Source of the DNA: Miltoncostaeaceae bacterium | GTDB lineage: Bacteria; Actinomycetota; Thermoleophilia; Miltoncostaeales; Miltoncostaeaceae | Length of the DNA stretch: 50,240 nt | Reading direction: 5' to 3' | Assembly (NCBI GenBank): GCA_044233875.1 | Contig: JBIIJJ010000001.1 | Location: 1 to 50,240, forward strand | Part shown: one piece after another, positions 1 through 8,130 of the stretch | Layout of the letters: the number at the start of each line of letters is the position of its first letter | Position numbering within the stretch: the stretch's first letter is position 1 | Program-made: the position numbers and the translations under genes | Notes under the pieces: model-generated | The model's input: the letters and a program-made list of their open reading frames with translations, nothing else | What the model was told of the DNA's origin: nothing | The model's database searches: none

Positions 1-923
1 ACCACCGTGCTCGCGGGATTGGTGAGGATGTCGATCGACGCACCCGGCACGGCGGCGGCGGCACGCCTGAGCACCCGGCGCTCACCGGGTGACAGGGCCT
101 GCCATGCCGCGCTGTTCATGGCGAGCACGGTCGGGAAGGGCCAGAGGTTGACGTTGCCCGACATGCAGCGGAGCACCTCGTACAGGCCGAGCGAATACAC
201 CAGGCCCACGTTGGCCTCGAGCGCGTCGAGGCGCCCGGCGCCCATGGCGTCCCGCACCTCTGCCAGCGGCATCTGCACCGGCGTGGCCCCGAGGGCGCGG
301 ATCGCCTGCGACAGCAGGTCGGACTGCACCGAACGCATGGTCACCCCGCGCCAGTCGTCGAGCGCGAGCAGGCAGCCATCCACCGCAGCCGGCTTGCGCA
401 GCCCGCCCTCATGGATGGCGAGCCCCTCAAGGCCGAGGGCGGCCGTGCCCTTGAGCATCTCGGACGCCACGGGCGACGCCAGGACCGCCCGCTCCAGGGC
501 GTAGTTGGTGATGAGGAAGGGCATCTGCAGGGCCAGGAACGAGTCGACGCCCGCCGACTGCCAGACCGGGGCCGACACCGAACCCGCATCCACCTTCCCG
601 CTGCGGATGTCGCCCAGCAGCGCAAGGTCGTCCCCGCCGGCATACACGGGCACCAGCTCGATGCCCACGCGCCCACGGGACAACGCGGAAACGTCCTTGG
701 CGAAGCGGTCCAGCGCGACGCCATAGGGGTGCTCAATGGCCGTGACGAAGCCCACACGGATGTTGGTGACGCTGCCACGGGTGCCCAGTGGCGCCTCGGC
801 CGCGGTGATCGCCGTCGTCGCGGTAGACCCCTGAGTGCCCGCGGGTCCGCCACCGCAACCAACCGCAATGGTGGCAATCAGGGCGAGGGCAGCGAGGGCG
901 AGCATTCGCAACGGGGGGACCAT
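1..923 (-). CDS. TRAP-type (DctP-like) solute-binding lipoprotein, partial (3' end beyond window edge)
   Basis: Absent from the ORF track because it is open at the edge. Hand translation from ATG 923..921 gives MVPPLRMLALAALALIATIAVGCGGG (lipobox). The frame stays open to nt 3 and GC3 is high. The body resembles DctP-family receptors. Confidence 0.5.
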   Translation of the reverse strand, partial: MVPPLRMLALAALALIATIAVGCGGGPAGTQGSTATTAITAAEAPLGTRGSVTNIRVGFVTAIEHPYGVALDRFAKDVSALSRGRVGIELVPVYAGGDDLALLGDIRSGKVDAGSVSAPVWQSAGVDSFLALQMPFLITNYALERAVLASPVASEMLKGTAALGLEGLAIHEGGLRKPAAVDGCLLALDDWRGVTMRSVQSDLLSQAIRALGATPVQMPLAEVRDAMGAGRLDALEANVGLVYSLGLYEVLRCMSGNVNLWPFPTVLAMNSAAWQALSPGERRVLRRAAAAVPGASIDILTNPASTV

Positions 924-966
924 TGACCGATGACGATACCCGAGCGCAGGCGGATAGACTCGCCCC

Positions 967-1917
967 ATGCGTGCCCCCCGCCGATCCACGGCCCTGACGG
1001 GCGCATTCCTGTGCACCGCCGCCTTCGTTGGCGCGGGCTGCGGGCCCGACCCCGGCGTCGTGGGCTCGGTGCGTGTGGGCGGTTCCCCTGCCCTGCTCAC
1101 CTTCGTGCAGCAGGCGGCAGCCGCATTCACGTCGCAGCACCCCCTTGCCCGCGTGCGGGTTGACCTCACGAGCACGGACGACGGCTACTCGCTCCTGTGC
1201 GACGGCATATCCGATGCCGCCACCGCAACCCGACCGGCAACGCCCCGGGAGGAGCGTGCGTGCGCAGCGTCGGACGTGCGTTTCGTCCCGCTGCTGGTGG
1301 GACGCAACGCAATCGTGGCGTTCACGGCGCGCAACTCACGTGTGCCGGGCTGCCTGAGCACCACCGACCTGCGCGCGCTCACCGGCGCCACCCCGCGGCC
1401 GCGCGCGACCTGGCGCGGGCTCGGCGATGCGTCGCTCCCCGTGGTGGTCGTGGTGCCCGAGGCGGGCTCCTCTACACGCGACGCCTTCGAGTCGCGGGTG
1501 CTGGCCGACCCGGCCGCGGGCGACCCGGTGGCCCTGCGCGCCGATGCAGTACCCGCCGCGGCGGGGGATCCGATGGTCGCGCGCGTCACGCGCACGAGGG
1601 GGGCGATCGGCATCACCGGCTTCGCTGCCCTCCAGCCCATCCCCCCGGGCGTGCGGGTGATCGAGGTCAATGGCGGCGATGGCTGCGTGGAGCCATCCGC
1701 GGCCTCGATCGCCTCGAAGGCATACCCCCTCACCACCGACCTCTTCATGGCGGTCCGTTCAAACGGCACCGGCGAAAACGCCGAGGCGGTCGCGGCCTTC
1801 GGCGACGTCGTGGCGTCGCCCGGCATCCTCGGCCGCCCCGGCTCGGGGTTGTCACCCTCCGACATCACGGCGACAGAGGCCGCATGGCGAAGTAGATCCA
1901 CGGAGGGCGACAGCTGA
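967..1917 (+). CDS. PstS/PBP-like-2 family substrate-binding lipoprotein
   Basis: Track ORF of 316 aa. Signal plus lipobox FVGAGC. The layout matches a periplasmic-binding fold. TGATG overlap with the next gene at 1915-1919. Confidence 0.6.
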   Translation: MRAPRRSTALTGAFLCTAAFVGAGCGPDPGVVGSVRVGGSPALLTFVQQAAAAFTSQHPLARVRVDLTSTDDGYSLLCDGISDAATATRPATPREERACAASDVRFVPLLVGRNAIVAFTARNSRVPGCLSTTDLRALTGATPRPRATWRGLGDASLPVVVVVPEAGSSTRDAFESRVLADPAAGDPVALRADAVPAAAGDPMVARVTRTRGAIGITGFAALQPIPPGVRVIEVNGGDGCVEPSAASIASKAYPLTTDLFMAVRSNGTGENAEAVAAFGDVVASPGILGRPGSGLSPSDITATEAAWRSRSTEGDS

Positions 1918-2726
1918 TGGGCGTGCTGACGTCGTTCAACCTGTGGCTCGTCATGCTGCTCATGATCGTGGTGATCGCCACGTTCACCGTCCTGGTCAAC
2001 CTGGCGATCGCACGCTTCCTCGGTGCCGAACGGCACCAGAAGGCCGGCCACACCGCCGAGTACTACATGACAGCGCTCGGCAGCCTGTTCGCGTTCCTCA
2101 CGGGCTTCCTGATCAGCGCCGAGTACTCCACACTCCGCGACGCCCGCAACGCCGTCGGTGCAGAGGTGGCGGCGGCCAGCCAGCTCGCGCAGGCGAGCGG
2201 CTCCCTCACGCCCGCCGACACCGGAGAGGTACAGGAGAAGCTGACGGCCTATCTCACGGCGCTGACCGCAGGCGAGTGGGCCGCCCTCGCAGCAGGGGCG
2301 GCGAGTGCCTCGCCCGCCGGAGACCGCCTGCGCGCGCTGCAGACCACCGTGTTCCGGGTCACCAGCAAGCCCTACGTGCCGGGCGCCGCGGCGAGCACCC
2401 TGCAGGACTCCGTCAACGCCATCACCACGAGCCGGCGGCAGCGGCTCGTCATCGCCTCCAAGGGCCTGCCCTTCCCGCTCTTCGCGCTTTCACTGCTGGC
2501 AGGCCTCGCGCTCATCGTGAACTCGATGCTGGTGTCGAACCGCGAGGGTCCGTGGTACGCCCTGGTGGCAACCGGACTCGTGCTGGTCGTGGCCGTGGAC
2601 CTGGGGGCGATCCTCGCGATCAGCGGACCCTTCACCGGCGCGTTCGTGGTGGAGACCGGGCCGGTCATGGAGCTGCTCGACGAGCTGCGCCGCGGGGCCT
2701 ACCTGCCGTGGGTGAGCAACCCGTGA
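1917..2726 (+). CDS. DUF4239-like integral membrane protein
   Basis: Track ORF of 269 aa. It has an N-terminal TM, two C-terminal TMs and a helical middle, which is typical DUF4239 architecture. The family name is recalled from memory. Confidence 0.5.
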   Translation: MGVLTSFNLWLVMLLMIVVIATFTVLVNLAIARFLGAERHQKAGHTAEYYMTALGSLFAFLTGFLISAEYSTLRDARNAVGAEVAAASQLAQASGSLTPADTGEVQEKLTAYLTALTAGEWAALAAGAASASPAGDRLRALQTTVFRVTSKPYVPGAAASTLQDSVNAITTSRRQRLVIASKGLPFPLFALSLLAGLALIVNSMLVSNREGPWYALVATGLVLVVAVDLGAILAISGPFTGAFVVETGPVMELLDELRRGAYLPWVSNP

Positions 2727-4015
2727 GGCGGGCCGCGATCATCAGCGGGCTGGTGGCCCTCGCCATCGCCCTCGCGGGATGCGGGAGTGACCAGGCAACG
2801 GCGCCCGACCCCGAGTGCGCGGAGCGGGCGGGCAACTGCGTGACCATCGGCATCGGCGAGCCGATTCCCATCGGCACCCTGCTCTTCATGGCAGATGCCA
2901 GCGGCACAGACACACGCAACACGGTGTCCCTGGCACTCGACTACCTCGACGGCAGGTTCGACGCGCGCGAGGGAGAGGTGCTGGGGCACCCCGTCAAGGT
3001 GATCGACGAGGTCGAGGACTGCACTCCCGCCGGGGGGCGGGCCGGCGCCCGACGACTGCTCGCCGAGTCGGGGAACATGGTGGCGGTGATCGGCACCACG
3101 TGCTCGTCGGCCGCCTTCCGCGCCGCGGCCACCGTGCTCAGCCAGCGTCGCGTGCTGATGGTGTCGCCCACCAACACCTCGCCCCTCCTGGCACAGCCCG
3201 CCGGACGCGAGCGGTACTACTTCCGCACGGCGTTCAACGACCTCATCCAGGCGGCGGCGGTGGCCGACTTCGCGCGGCAGCGCCTGCGGGCGCGAAGCGC
3301 GGCCACCCTCGCAATCGACGACCCCTATTCCGCGGTGCTCGCCGACTCCTTTGCCAATGCCTTCCGGGCCAAGGGCGGCGGGAGCCTGACGCGGCAGGTC
3401 GTGCCATCCGCGTCGGGCATGGCCGCGGCGGCGCGGCGCATCGCCGCCTCCCCGCCCGACGTCATCTTCCTCCCGCTCTTCCAGCCCGCCTGCGGAACGG
3501 CGCTGCGGGCCGTGCGCAGCCAGCCCGCCCTGAGGGACACCCCTGTGGTGGTGTCCGAGAGCTGCCTCGTGCGATCAGTCGCGCAGGGGGGAGTCGACCG
3601 CAACGTCTACGCCTCAGCGCCCGACACCTCAGGAATCGAGCGCAACAGCTTCTACCGCACGGAGTTCCTCCCCGCGTACCGCAAGCGCTTCAGCGAGCCC
3701 CCGGGCGGGGTATTCACGGCGCAGGCCTTCGACGCCATCAACCTGGTGATCAGCGCGGTGCGCCGCGTGGCGGTACCGCTGCCCGGCGGCGCCCTTCGCA
3801 TCAACCGCGCAGACCTGCGCGAGGCCATGCTCGACGTGGACGGCTACGAGGGCGTGTCGGGAACGCTTTCGTGCGGCGCAACGGGCGACTGCGTGCCGTC
3901 AGCGCGCATCGCGGTGTACCGCGCGCCCGACTGGCCGCTGGGCGGCACTCGCGCCACCCCCGTGTTCAGCGCCACCCAGTCGCTCGCCGAGGTCACCGGA
4001 CGAGCGGGGGGCTAG
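2723..4015 (+). CDS. Branched-chain amino acid type (LivJ/Peripla_BP_6) ABC substrate-binding lipoprotein
   Basis: In frame with track ORF 1670..4015. The real start is GTG 2723 (GTGA overlap with the upstream stop). N-terminus VRRAAIISGLVALAIALAGCGSD has a lipobox. The upstream 350 aa of the track ORF is Arg/Pro-rich shadow sequence. Confidence 0.75.
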   Translation: MRRAAIISGLVALAIALAGCGSDQATAPDPECAERAGNCVTIGIGEPIPIGTLLFMADASGTDTRNTVSLALDYLDGRFDAREGEVLGHPVKVIDEVEDCTPAGGRAGARRLLAESGNMVAVIGTTCSSAAFRAAATVLSQRRVLMVSPTNTSPLLAQPAGRERYYFRTAFNDLIQAAAVADFARQRLRARSAATLAIDDPYSAVLADSFANAFRAKGGGSLTRQVVPSASGMAAAARRIAASPPDVIFLPLFQPACGTALRAVRSQPALRDTPVVVSESCLVRSVAQGGVDRNVYASAPDTSGIERNSFYRTEFLPAYRKRFSEPPGGVFTAQAFDAINLVISAVRRVAVPLPGGALRINRADLREAMLDVDGYEGVSGTLSCGATGDCVPSARIAVYRAPDWPLGGTRATPVFSATQSLAEVTGRAGG

Positions 4016-4018
4016 GCC

Positions 4019-4822
4019 TCAGGCCGGCTTTCGCGCGATGGCGTAGAGCTTCATGAAGTCGTATTGCCATCCGCGCGGGCCCGACCGCTCGCGCATCTTC
4101 CCCTCCACCTTCGACAGCCACGCAGCCACCTCCGGGTCGGACGGGTCTCCGATGATGTGGCCGGCCACCACGCGCATGCGCTCCATGTACTCCTCCACCG
4201 GCACGTGGCGCACGCGGCGCTCCATCCAGATGTCCACGGGCTCGAGCCCGGCCTGCACCAGGTAGCCCTCCATCTCGGGGATGTCGCGCAGGTTGCCGTC
4301 GAAGGCGCCAAGCCACTGGTAGTTGATGGGCTCCACATCGGCGATCACGTCGCGGTAGGCCTGCTCCCCGCCCTTGCCCGAGCACAGGATCGCGATGACC
4401 CCGCCGGGCTTCATGGCCCTGACCATCGCGGCCGCGGCGTCCCAGCGGTGCTGGAACCAGTGGTACGCCATGGAGCACACCACCAGGTCGAACGAGCCGG
4501 GCGTCACGGGCATGTCCTCCACCCCGGCCTGCGCCAGCGAGACCTCAACGCCCTCGATGCCGCCGAGCTTGGCCTGGAACTGCTCGAGCATTCCCTCCGA
4601 CGGGTCAACACCGGTCACCCGCGCGGGACGGAACCGGTCGATCACCGCCTGGGTGGCCCACCCGCTGCCGCAGCCGACATCGAGCACGTCGTCGTAGCGC
4701 CCGGGCGGAATTGACAGCACAAGGCGCTGGGCGCCCTCGAGGTTGTAGCGAACCGCCCCGTCGTAGTCGGATGCGGTCTCGCTGAAGCCCCCTGCGATGG
4801 TGTCGCGACGTTCAGTGGCCAT
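4019..4822 (-). CDS. Class I SAM-dependent methyltransferase (paralog of 13496..14287)
   Basis: Track ORF trimmed to ATG 4822 (MATERRDTIAGG...). SAM motif VLDVGCGSGW is present. About 45% identical by eye to the second copy (shared GVDPSEGMLEQF.AKLGG and GLEPVD.WMERR.RH). Confidence 0.8.
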   Translation of the reverse strand: MATERRDTIAGGFSETASDYDGAVRYNLEGAQRLVLSIPPGRYDDVLDVGCGSGWATQAVIDRFRPARVTGVDPSEGMLEQFQAKLGGIEGVEVSLAQAGVEDMPVTPGSFDLVVCSMAYHWFQHRWDAAAAMVRAMKPGGVIAILCSGKGGEQAYRDVIADVEPINYQWLGAFDGNLRDIPEMEGYLVQAGLEPVDIWMERRVRHVPVEEYMERMRVVAGHIIGDPSDPEVAAWLSKVEGKMRERSGPRGWQYDFMKLYAIARKPA

Positions 4823-4953
4823 CCCTGCTCCCTGCTTGCCGACCTCGGGCACGGGGGAAAACCCTAGTGGCCACGCTGGAGAGGGATAACCGGATGTCAA
4901 TAATTCGCGGGCCAAATCCCCCTCGGCAGTCCCTAATCTGGGGAACACGGTTT

Positions 4954-4979
4954 GAGCGATTGATCGCTCTGGGAGCGAT
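4954..4979. promoter_or_regulatory. Candidate operator: GAGCGAT-TG-ATCGCTC inverted repeat plus a third GAGCGAT half-site
   Basis: A 7-bp perfect inverted repeat (4954-4960 / 4963-4969) and a direct third copy at 4973-4979. It lies in the 179-bp divergent region between the methyltransferase and the desaturase. Confidence 0.4.
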
Positions 4980-5001
4980 TCCCCGCTCGCCGGTATGGAG
5001 G

Positions 5002-6114
5002 ATGCACGTAGTGAGCACCACGACCACGCCAACGCGGCTCATGCGCGGAGGCGGATCGTTTCAGGCAGAGCTGCGAGCGGCGGTGGCCGAGCAGCTCGAT
5101 CCCGCAACCCGGCGACGGGGTCGCATTCGCTTCTTCTCGAAGGCCGCGTTCATGCTGCTGTGGACGGCGGCTTCATACGCATACCTGGTGTTCATGGCCG
5201 ACACCTGGTGGCAGGCCGCCCTCGGCTGCGTCTCGCTGGCCTTTGCGCTGGGCGGTGTGGCCTTCTCGATCCAGCACGACGCCAACCACGGTGCGCTCGG
5301 CCGCAAGTGGCGTCCCCTGGGCCTCGTGATGGACCTGCTGCTCGGCACCTCGTCGTTCCTGTGGCGCGAGCGCCACAACCACGCCCACCACACGTACACC
5401 AACGTGGTGGACAAGGATGGCGACATCGAGCAGCTGCCGCTGGCGCGGTTCGCACCCGACCAGCCCTGGAGCCCATGGCACCCGTGGCAGCACTTCTACA
5501 TGTTCGTGCTCTACGGCTTCTACGCCCCGCGCCAGGTGCTGATGGGCGACTTCTCCATGCTGCTCCGGGGGCCCAGGGCACACGTGCCCATGCCCCGTCC
5601 GCACGGTGCCGACCTATGGCAGCTGGTCATCTCGAAGGTCGTCTTCTTCGGGCTGTTCCTCGTGCTGCCCATGTTCTTCCAGCCCTGGTGGGGCGTGCTG
5701 CTCGGCGCGTTCGTGACCCTGTGGATCCTCGGCATCATCCTCGCCGTGGTGTTCCAGCTGGCCCACTGCGTTGAGGAGGCAGACTTCACCTCGGAGGCCC
5801 GGCTCATCGCCGAGGCCGAGGAGGATGGCCCGCGCGAGTGGGCCCGCCACCAGGTGGAGCACACGGTCGACTTCGCCCGGAAGAGCCGGGTACTCAACTG
5901 GTACCTGGGCGGCCTGAACTTCCAGGTGGAGCACCACCTGCTGCCGCAGGTGTGCCATGTGCACTACCGGAGCATCGCACCCATCGTGGAGGAGCTCTCC
6001 GCCAAGCATGGGTTCCGCTACAACGCCAACGACAGCCTGTGGAGCGCACTGGGCTCGCACGCACGATGGCTCAAGCGGATGGGCGTCAAGCCGACGGGCG
6101 CGGTTACCGCCTAG
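5002..6114 (+). CDS. Membrane fatty acid desaturase, front-end type (DesD-like), no cytochrome b5 domain
   Basis: His boxes HDANH, HNHAHH and QVEHH (Q in the third box). ATG 5002 is preceded by GGAGG. GTG 5011 is an alternative start. Confidence 0.8.
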   Translation: MHVVSTTTTPTRLMRGGGSFQAELRAAVAEQLDPATRRRGRIRFFSKAAFMLLWTAASYAYLVFMADTWWQAALGCVSLAFALGGVAFSIQHDANHGALGRKWRPLGLVMDLLLGTSSFLWRERHNHAHHTYTNVVDKDGDIEQLPLARFAPDQPWSPWHPWQHFYMFVLYGFYAPRQVLMGDFSMLLRGPRAHVPMPRPHGADLWQLVISKVVFFGLFLVLPMFFQPWWGVLLGAFVTLWILGIILAVVFQLAHCVEEADFTSEARLIAEAEEDGPREWARHQVEHTVDFARKSRVLNWYLGGLNFQVEHHLLPQVCHVHYRSIAPIVEELSAKHGFRYNANDSLWSALGSHARWLKRMGVKPTGAVTA

Positions 6115-6917
6115 CTGCCGTCGTCCACGCGCCGCGGAACGCCTGCGAGGAACACCTCCACCAGGCGCCGCGGCGCGTTGGTGAGCATCGGGAACAGGAA
6201 CGCCCGGGCGGGCATGCGCACTGAGCGCTTGCCCTTCTCCACGGCCTTCACGGTCTTGCCGGCCACCTTCACCACGTTGGCATCCGCGAGCAGGCCCAGC
6301 TTGTAGAAGCGCCGGAACGACGCCTTGGTGGGCGGATACGACAGCACCGAGTCGGCCATGTCGGTGGGGGTGATCAGGCCGGTCTCCACCACGGTGAGCC
6401 CCACCGGCAGGCCCTTGAGCTCGAGCCGCACGCCGGCGGTCATGTGGGTGACGAACGACTTCGTGGCCCCGTACACCGAGATGCCCGGGAAGGTGCCGGT
6501 GCCCGCAAGCGACGACACCTGCACCACGTGCCCCCTGCCCCGCTCGATCATGCCCGGCAGCACCTGGCGCGTGAGCTCGGCAACCGTGATGGCGTTCAGC
6601 TGCACCATGCGCTCGATGTCGGTCATGGGCATGTCCATGAAGGAGCCGGTCAGGTCGATGCCGGCGTTGTTCACCAGCACGTCCACCGGGCCGTGCGCGG
6701 CTTCGATGCGGCCGATGAGGCCATCAACCTGGGCGCGGTCGGCAAGGTCGGCCGGCATGGCGGTACCGCCCGTGCGGGCGGCGACCTCCTCGAGTGCCTC
6801 CACGCTTCGCGCCAGCAGGGTAAGCCGCGCGCCCTTTGCCGCGAACTCATCCGCCAGCGCGGCTCCCACGCCGCGGGATGCGCCGGTGATCACCACGTGC
6901 TTTCCCTGCAGGTCCAT
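6111..6917 (-). CDS. SDR family oxidoreductase
   Basis: TGASRGVG cofactor motif and YGATK catalytic motif. AAGGAG RBS upstream. Convergent 4-nt overlap with the desaturase stop. Confidence 0.85.
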   Translation of the reverse strand: MDLQGKHVVITGASRGVGAALADEFAAKGARLTLLARSVEALEEVAARTGGTAMPADLADRAQVDGLIGRIEAAHGPVDVLVNNAGIDLTGSFMDMPMTDIERMVQLNAITVAELTRQVLPGMIERGRGHVVQVSSLAGTGTFPGISVYGATKSFVTHMTAGVRLELKGLPVGLTVVETGLITPTDMADSVLSYPPTKASFRRFYKLGLLADANVVKVAGKTVKAVEKGKRSVRMPARAFLFPMLTNAPRRLVEVFLAGVPRRVDDGS

Positions 6918-7000
6918 CTACTTTCTCCTTATGGGGGTGCGGCGATCACGCTACCGCCGGTACCGGCTGATGGGCATCGTCAGCGGCACCCGTGCCCGCC

Positions 7001-8056
7001 TCACGCCCGCGGCAGCTCCACCCGCACCAGCAGGCCGGGTGCGCCCTCCCGATCGAGCAGGCGCACCGAGCCTCCTGCGTGCTCCACCAGGCGCTGCACG
7101 ATCGGCAGCCCAAGGCCGGTGCCGGCGCCCGCGCGCGAGGTGGGCGCCCGCCAGAAGCGGTCGAATGCGTGGGCCTTTTGGGCGTCGCTCATGCCGGGGC
7201 CGTCGTCCATAACGTCGATGACCACATGGCCATCACCATCGCCCGCCGTGGCGCGCACGTGCACCGTGCCGCCCTCGCCGCAGGCCTCCACGGCGTTGTC
7301 CACCAGGTTGTCCACCACCTGCTCGAGCACCCCCTCGGGCATCCGGGCGGAGAGGCCGGGGGCGATGTGGCCCTCCACCGTCACGCCCGACTCCGCGGCG
7401 AGGTCGGTCCATGAGTCCACGCGATCCGAGAGGAGCGCGGAAAGGTTGAGCGTTGCGGCGAGGGCGTCGCCCCGCTCGGCGCGGGCGAGGGCGAGGAGGC
7501 TGTCGACCATGCGGGTGAGGCGATCGACCTCCTCCACCGCGGCCCGGGCGTCGTCGTCCCCCGCGGGGCCGGCCTGCGCACCGAGGTTCTCGATGCGCAG
7601 CCGCATGGCCGTGAGGGGCGTGCGCAACTGGTGCGAGGCGTCCGCCACGAAGGCCTCCTGCGCGCCCACCAGCTGCTCGAGCTGCGCCACCATGAGGTTG
7701 AAGCGCCGGGCCAGGGCGCGCACCTCCGGCGGACCGTCCTGCTCGGGCACCCGCGTGGTGAGGTCGCCGGCCCCGATGGCTGCCGCCCCCTGCTCCAGGC
7801 GCGCGAGGGGCCGCGCCACCCAGCGGGCGATGAGCCAGCCCACCAGGGCCACGGCGGCCAGCGTGATGGCGCCCACCGCGATGAGCAGCAGCCAGTAGCT
7901 GCGGGCCTGCGCGTTCACCTCAGACGCCGGGTAGGTGATGCGCACCGACCCGTAGATGCGGCCCGCCGCGGCCACCGGCACCGCGCACCCCCGAATGACC
8001 AGGCGCTCCACGCGGCGGTCTGTGCCAGGGAGGGCAGCCTTTCCGGGGGTTGACAT
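7001..8056 (-). CDS. Sensor histidine kinase (HAMP-HisKA-HATPase), N-terminally truncated, no partner regulator
   Basis: H-box ADASHQLRTPL and G-boxes DDGPGM / GTGLGL. Only one TM, preceded by about 50 aa. An in-frame TGA at 8077..8075 blocks any longer N-terminus. Confidence 0.75.
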   Translation of the reverse strand: MSTPGKAALPGTDRRVERLVIRGCAVPVAAAGRIYGSVRITYPASEVNAQARSYWLLLIAVGAITLAAVALVGWLIARWVARPLARLEQGAAAIGAGDLTTRVPEQDGPPEVRALARRFNLMVAQLEQLVGAQEAFVADASHQLRTPLTAMRLRIENLGAQAGPAGDDDARAAVEEVDRLTRMVDSLLALARAERGDALAATLNLSALLSDRVDSWTDLAAESGVTVEGHIAPGLSARMPEGVLEQVVDNLVDNAVEACGEGGTVHVRATAGDGDGHVVIDVMDDGPGMSDAQKAHAFDRFWRAPTSRAGAGTGLGLPIVQRLVEHAGGSVRLLDREGAPGLLVRVELPRA

Positions 8057-8094
8057 GCGGGGGACCCGCTCTGCTCAGTACAGCCGCCAAGGGC

Positions 8095-8120
8095 GGAGGG
8101 GGCCCGACCGGGCCCCCTCC
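8095..8120 (-). terminator. Intrinsic-terminator-like hairpin after the large secreted protein gene
   Basis: GGAGGGGGCCC-GACC-GGGCCCCCTCC: a perfect 11-bp GC stem, 11 nt downstream of the stop at 8131. Confidence 0.6.
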
Positions 8121-8130
8121 TGAGCGCTCA

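Noticed and set aside
1670-2722. N-terminal 351 aa of the 781-aa track ORF 1670..4015
   Set aside because: This part is Arg/Pro-rich and overlaps two better-supported genes. The recognisable binding protein begins at GTG 2723 with a lipoprotein signal.
4019-6917. Idea that methyltransferase + desaturase + SDR is a tuberculostearic-acid-like (methyl-branched fatty acid) pathway
   Set aside because: The methyltransferase is a small Methyltransf_11-type enzyme, not a cyclopropane-fatty-acid-synthase-like one. The reductase in that pathway is FAD-dependent, not an SDR. I keep this only as a generic lipid-modification hypothesis.
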